Shown one piece after another: positions 56,801 to 64,000 of a stretch of 64,000 nucleotides of DNA. A program made the translations under genes and the position numbers. Under the pieces are notes generated by a model, which made no database searches, was not told where the DNA came from, and was given only the letters and a program-made list of their open reading frames with translations. The stretch lies in the NCBI RefSeq assembly GCF_009914755.1, contig NC_060934.1, one strand, 5' to 3'. This stretch comes from the human T2T-CHM13v2.0 reference genome, Homo sapiens. Position 1 is the first letter of the stretch. Each line of letters starts with the position of its first letter.

Positions 56801-58029
56801 TCCAGATATCAGCTACAAGGTATGAAATGAATTGCATAAAAATAAATCACACATGCTGCATTTTGGGAAGAGTACTCTTGCTGATCCATTAATTTCTTTT
56901 CACTGCTGAGTTGGGAAGTCCACTTTAATCTTCAATTATCAGTAACGTGCAATTGGATGAACCTCTTGACCTTTCCAAAATAGAGATGCTTTCATGCCAG
57001 GAAATTTGAGCTCTTTGAACATTTGAGAATATTTTTGCTTTTGATGAAAAAGGTTTGTTGTCATGTGCCGTGGGAGAAAGAGATTGAAAGAAGGAAGGTT
57101 ATTCCCAAAGGCCTGTTTGATGATTGGACTATATGGCTCTATTCCTGACCATGTACTCTCTGTAAGGTTTGGCATGGACAGCAATGTGCTGTTGGCAATA
57201 TGGCGCACTTTAAGGTATTTAAGCATGGACTCAGGAGTTTGTAGATTATCCAGGCTTGTTACCTCATCTCCATATGCCTAGTCTACCACTTCCACTTAGA
57301 TGCTCTGCCATGTTGCAAACTGAACAGAAGACCCTGATGAACACAAGGAAGATGAGGGAGGTGATTTCCATGGAGACTGTGGAGAGGCTGGAGGGTCTTG
57401 TCTTAGGGAAGTTTATCATTCCTTTGCGCAATCTTGGTATTTGTGACGTTTCTTTTCTTCTTTGCTTCTGTGGAAAGTTGGAAATAAGATAATTGGGATA
57501 GTGGTTTTTGAAAGGGGGAAAAGTAATTAAGACACAGTGGGATGCCCCTGCCTAGTTTGGGAATGCAGGCTCAGCTCTGCTCCTCAATTGTTTGAGACCC
57601 CAGGGTAAACTACTTGATCTCTAGAATTTCAGGCTCTTCTGTAAATGAGGCTGTTGGACAAGATGTGGCAAAGATTCCAGGAGGCCAGGGTTTTAAATTT
57701 GAGATTAGAATCTTAGTGGAATTTTTTGAATTATGGTTTCTCTGGCTCGCTCTCTCCCTACCTCCCTTCCTCTGTCTCGCTCTGTCCACACACATATAAA
57801 CACACACAGATGAAGATTTTGTTTTTGTTTGGTTAGTGTATTTTATGTTGGACATTTGTCAGTTTGGCATTTAATAATATCCATGTTTCAATGTGATACA
57901 TACGTGGGACTTGGTTAAGTCCTAAAGTCAGATGAACTTTGCTTGTTTACAACTTTAAAAAAGAATTCCATCCCCTTCTTCTGGGAGATGTAGAGCTTGG
58001 TAGCCAGCTATAGGTGTGCTATTGCCAAG

Positions 58030-58153
58030 TGTGTGTGTCTCTTTGTGTGTGTATGTCTGTGCATTATACACACACTTTATGTAAATATATACATATATGT
58101 AGGGGTATATATATATACATATTCCAAAAATATATATATACATATTCCAAAAA
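58030..58153. repeat. TG/TA-rich tract with a 23-bp tandem duplication
   Basis: tatatatatacatattccaaaaa occurs twice in tandem. Confidence 0.85.
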
Positions 58154-58451
58154 TAAGGGTATGAGGAGCCCTGGAGGAATTGCGGGCACACACAAAATAT
58201 TTTATTTGAAAGTATAAATAAATTCATCCAATTCTAGATATGATATCTCACCCCCTTAAGTAAATGGAACTCTTACTTGCTGAATTTTACAAAGAGTGTT
58301 ACAAGAAGAACAGAGGGCTAAAAAATGGTATTCCTAGGGCCCTATTGTAAATATACCTCAACGAAAGGCAATATTTCCTGTTACGTTGGTTGGCAAGGGG
58401 ATTTTGATATCAGAATGTGGCTCCATCTTTCACATTAGAACATAGCTGTAC

Positions 58452-58800
58452 GTGGAGATAGAGAGTAGATGAATGGTTGCCAGAGACTGAGAAGGGTAGT
58501 GAGGGGTTACAGGAGAGGTAGGGATGGTTGATGGGTACACAAAAATAGAAAGAACGAGTAAGAGCTAGTATTTACTAGCATAACAGGGTGACTGTAGTCA
58601 AAAATAAGTTAATCGTACATTTAAAAATAACTAAAAGAATATAATTGGGTTGTTGGTAACACAAAGGATAAATGCTTGAGGTGATGGATACTCCATTTAC
58701 CCTGCTGTGATTATGACTCATTCCATGACTGTATCAAATTATCTCATGTAATCCATAAATATATGCACCTACTCTGTAGCAACAAAAATTAAAAATTAAA
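58452..58800 (+). mobile_element. L1MA 3' end
   Basis: L1MA-type 3'UTR (acacaaaggataaatgcttgaggtgatggata); degenerate TSD agaaca(t/c)agct. Confidence 0.85.
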
Positions 58801-59808
58801 AGAACACAGCTCTGAGCTGCGACAGTCAGTGACATTTAATTCAAACTCAAAGTGGCTAGTTTATCATTTTTTTCCACTTGCTTTTCTTATTATTAAACAG
58901 AGGATTTTCACTATAGGAAATTAGAAAATATAAGTAATAAACGGAAAGTAAAAGTCAAGTGTAGTTCTACCACCCAGAGATAATTACTCTTCTCTTTCTG
59001 TTCAATATTAGTCCAGTTTTTTTGCTTTAGGAATATGTATTTGCAAAATGAAGTTGTACTCTAACACAATTTTAGCTAGGTTTTTGCACTTCATGTTACA
59101 ATATTTTTCTGTCAAAACACCTATAACCCTATATTTAATGGTTCTGTGATGATGTATATTTACATATTAAAACATAATGAGTGTATCTCTTCTTGAGAAT
59201 TTATTTTGCTTCGAGTTCGTCATTATTATATAAAATTATGCCCTGAACATCCGCAGTATGGAATGGACTTTTTTTTTGCTAATACATATGCAAAAAAGCT
59301 TACTTTTTTAAATGTGAAATTTCTAAATTCACATCCAGGATGACTGAGCAGTTCATATACTTGTTGATTAGTGTCAAAATGCTGATCCTCCCGTAAATCC
59401 CCTGATCGTCGTAGGTGTTTGCATTTCATTAGCAGCAAAACAAATTAACAAAATTTTTGCTAGCCATATAGTTTTAAAAGAGTATCTTCTTGGTTTTTAT
59501 CTTGCATTTCTCTAATTAGAAATGAGAAATCATTAGTTAGTAAATATCATTAGTTAACTACTACTGTGGAAGGCAGAGTTCATGGTGGAGGCTAGTGAGC
59601 CTGTTCTGTCTTCATGGGCTGTGTGTCAGATGCCTCTCTGAGGGCTTCACCGCAGGCAGTGATGTGGTAAGGCAGAGCCAAGGCCTTAGAAGTTCTAAAA
59701 CTTCCCAGTATAATTTAGTAACAAAAGATTTTTTTCCTGAAACTCAAGAACAGTGTTGTAGATAGAGAGTGGGTCACATGGAGTCCCCAGGTAACGTGTG
59801 AAGCTATC

Positions 59809-60425
<617 letters not shown>

Positions 60426-62624
60426 AGGAGCAGAAACACACGCACTAATCAAACATAAAATAATTTAAAACAGTCTAGAGGTCTTAAATTGTGCCTCTCT
60501 CTGAGTGTAGACAGTGCATGGAGACTGCCCTCCCCGCTGCTACCCCACATCCTGAGCGTTCTGTCCTCGTTTCCACTGTTCTGCTCCATTGTGTGGGAGG
60601 AGCTGGAGAAGAGACTCTGTTTCCAAGGAAGTGTGGCCTATGCTGCTCTGCACCTGGGCCTTGCGACAGCCGCTGCCTCCAACCACCACAAGTCTACTGC
60701 TGTTCCCACTAATAAGTACCATGGAAACCCAGTGCATGCCAGGGGCTGTGGAGAGGTGGGTGAACATCAAATCACCAGTGACACTGGCTTTTCAAACGTC
60801 ACATCATAAAAATAGAGCCACCTGAGTAAGAGCGGGCCACAGCGGCATCCTGTAGCTCCCTGTTTTTTGGCATCTACTTCCCTTGGGCTCACAGTCTTCT
60901 CCATGACCAGCAGGAAGACTCAGCACTGCAACTATCTGCACGGGTTGGTCGGGCTACACATGCCTTTCCCTAGCATATTGCTAACACTCAAACCAGAAAC
61001 TGATTAATTTGATTTGGGTTAAAAAATCTGACCCCATGAAGGCTTTGCTGATCATTGACAAATCTATCCTTCAAGCATTACAGTTTTAAGATAGAGGGAT
61101 GCTGCCTTAGTCTCTGCCTTTTTTGCCATTAAAAAACCTTGAAAATGTTATATCATAGATAGATACATTCTAATAACAGCCCCAAAACTGATAGATCTGC
61201 ATACTCAGATTATTGATCCCAATACTCTCAGCAGTTTTAAGCCCCGCCCCTGCCCAAAGGGAACCCCTACCAATTTAATTCAGGAGGCTTTTGGATTTCA
61301 TTTAATGTGGATGTTATCTTGTTTTGTTTCTCACTATCTGATGCTATTACCATCTTAATTAGGTTGAAAATCAGCAATTAGAATCAGAATGCCTGTAATA
61401 GTTGTTTTTCTTTTGATCATAGTTATACTCTTAATGATGAGATTATGATGTGTGTGTGTCCACGTGTGCATGTCCATGCGTGGGAGTGTGTGTTGTAGGA
61501 AGAGCAGTGGATGTTAAGTCAGGAAGATAAGCTTGAATGTGAGTTTTGCTTCTTCTAAGATACCTGAACTTGCTGGAGTGAGCCTCCAGGAGCCCCAGGG
61601 TCCTCATTCGCAAAAAGTGAGGGAATGGCTGTTCCTTAGATTAGGCTGCTTTGAAATCCATAGATATCAAACCATCTTATAAACCAAGGTGCTGCACAGA
61701 TTAATAACTGACACATTGGAAGCCGAGGAGTGTTTAGATATGTGGGAACTGGGGGCACATTGAAATCATTACTAGAGGGTAAATGTTATTTATTCTATGA
61801 GCTAATTGCGGGATTTAAATTTGGGAGCTAAATTTTATCTTAAATGTTAAATATTGTACGTAGGAACTGGTCTTTGGGGGGACAAATTCAAGCTAGTAAG
61901 GACTGTTAGAGAGGAGAATGATGCTGTGAAAATTTAAATCCCACAATGTTGTTTACTAGAAAGATATCCATTTCCAGGCATCTGGACATGAATTTCTCAG
62001 CCTTTGAGAAAAGCCAACTTAACCAGCATGCCCTTTCGATATGATTGCTCCGGAAGCGTGGGATGCTCAGTTTGAAACTGAGTTGTATGTCAATCTCTGA
62101 TATCTCAATTTCTGACACACTGAACACAAGCAGGAGAAGAGATGTACCTCTAAAGAGTGAAGAACTCTCTCTCTCACTTTCTCGCCATCCTATCTCGTGC
62201 CATTTCTCTTTAGGTTGATTGTTTTTAAGAACTGGTGCTCAGTGCTTAGTAAAGAATACTTTTCTGAAGCATTTCTCCCAAAGTGTATCTTGATAGATTC
62301 TGCAAACTATTAAGTAAGATTTCATATGCTGAGATGGTGTAAGGTGATTTATATTTTTGGAGAAAGCTAAAATTCATCTTACTGACTTTTCAATCTCTCC
62401 TTATTTTCCTCTTTTCCATATAGATATTTAGAAAAGCAAAGTATATTAGTAGATTTAATCTCCAGAGGATGAGAATCTAGGGCTTTTTTTTTTTTTGGTT
62501 TTCTTTAAAGATTGTATGATAAAAAATGTTTATTATGGCTTAAGGGGGAATGAAGGTATTCAGATAAGTTAATTACATGAACAAGCATGCCTGATTCCTC
62601 TTCCACACAGCCTGTCTCAAGATC

Positions 62625-63560
62625 CTTCATTCGTCAACTATTTCTTAAGCACCTACTACTTGCCAGATGCTGTTTTAGGCACCCAGCTCCAGAGCTGCAA
62701 TAATGATGGAGATTTTCTCAAACCCAACACCCCTGGAGCTTACATTCCCGTGGAGAAGTTAGATAGGAACAGGTATACAAGTAAGATAATTTCAGCTATT
62801 GAGACATGCTGAACAGGGTTAGGATAAAAAGTTTGAATTTATATAGGTGTTCGGGAGGCCACAGCTGAGGTCATGGTAGTTGAAATGAGTTCAAATTAGA
62901 AGAAGCCAGAAACGGCAATACCTGAAACAGAAGGGTATCAGAAAGAGAAAAATGGAAGTTCAAGGCCCTCGAGGGACTGAAAAATGGCCAGCGTGCCTGA
63001 GCATAATAAACATGCTAAGGAGTGGTAGGAAGTGAAATGGGAGAGGTAGAAAAGGTCAGGCACATAAGGAACTTGGACTTGATTTTGTTGTAATGGAAAA
63101 CCACAGGGACCTAGGTAGGGGAAGGTGTTGATATGCTGTATGTTTTTAAAAAGCCACTCTGGATGCTGTGTGGAACTGCACTCTTGAAAGCTACACCTGG
63201 AGACAAGAAGCTAAGTGAGAAGGCCACTGTGAGATCCTGGCAGCTTAGACTAGAGAGTGGAGACATAGTAGGAATGTGTCCTGGAAGGTGGGAAAGAGGA
63301 CTTAGATTGAAGGAAAAACAGGAATGAATAAATCAAGACTCCCTCCTAGGTTCCCGTCCTCAATAAGAGGAGGGATGATACCATTATTAACTGGGATCTG
63401 GAGGGTAGAGCAATGAGTTGGATTGGGTGGGGGGATGGGGCGAGGGATAAAAGAGTGGTTTTAAGCATCTGGCATTCTCCATGCTTGTTAGGTGTGCAAG
63501 TGAACCTTTTGAGAAGGTAATTGGATATTGTGTGGAAGGGAGGGAATAGACATCTATTGA
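62625..63560 (-). mobile_element. L2 fragments
   Basis: cattcgtcaactatttcttaagcacctactacttgccag... plus typical antisense L2 purine-rich body. Confidence 0.65.
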
Positions 63561-63711
63561 AAGAACAAATGATATTTAAAAGGGTGGTGGTGCAGGGAAG
63601 TGGATGTGGAGACCCACATCAGCACTGAAAACCAGTGATGGGATTATGCACACCATATAGACTGGGAAGTGACAGGGAAATTCTTGTAGATGTAGTGCAG
63701 TGGGGATGTTA

Positions 63712-63910
63712 CTATCTCTAGTTTTTAATCCAGCGTGCATTTTTAATCACATGGGGGAGATACAAAAATAATATACCCATGCCCCAGGCCCCACTGCCCC
63801 ACTGTAGACCAATCAGTCTCTTTTTTAGAGGGAAGGGTAATGGCAGGCCTCAGTAGTTTTTATAAAGTTCCCCAGGTTATTCTAACATGTGGCCAGGGTT
63901 GTGGGCAGCT
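63712..63910. mobile_element. MER5A-like hAT-Charlie
   Basis: aatcacatggggga...aagttccccaggttattctaacatgtggccagggttg. Confidence 0.7.
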
Positions 63911-64000
63911 GGATTAGAAGAAAGGAAGGGATGGCCTGCTAATCCTGTTAGGAGGGTGGCCCCTGGAACTAGGAAGTGGAAGTACCTCAGTGCAACCTCA

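Overview
Human (primate) genomic DNA containing the 5' end of NRG3 (neuregulin 3) on the + strand. A CpG-island promoter (~39.9-42.4 kb) carries coding exon 1 (ATG 41164, donor GT 41987). A second, alternative N-terminal exon lies at ~43.78-43.84 kb, and the rest of the window is the start of the very large first intron. The ~40 kb upstream is intergenic and rich in transposable elements: an old antisense L1M scaffold (15.7-29.3 kb) holds a near full-length Tigger1, five Alus, a human-specific L1HS pre-Ta fragment with a probable short 3' transduction, a solo LTR12C and an 83-bp templated copy of nearby unique DNA. I found no evidence of a novel multi-gene system. Almost all ORFs in the track are spurious or repeat-derived. 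Repeat subfamily calls and old-repeat boundaries come from recalled consensus sequences and are approximate.
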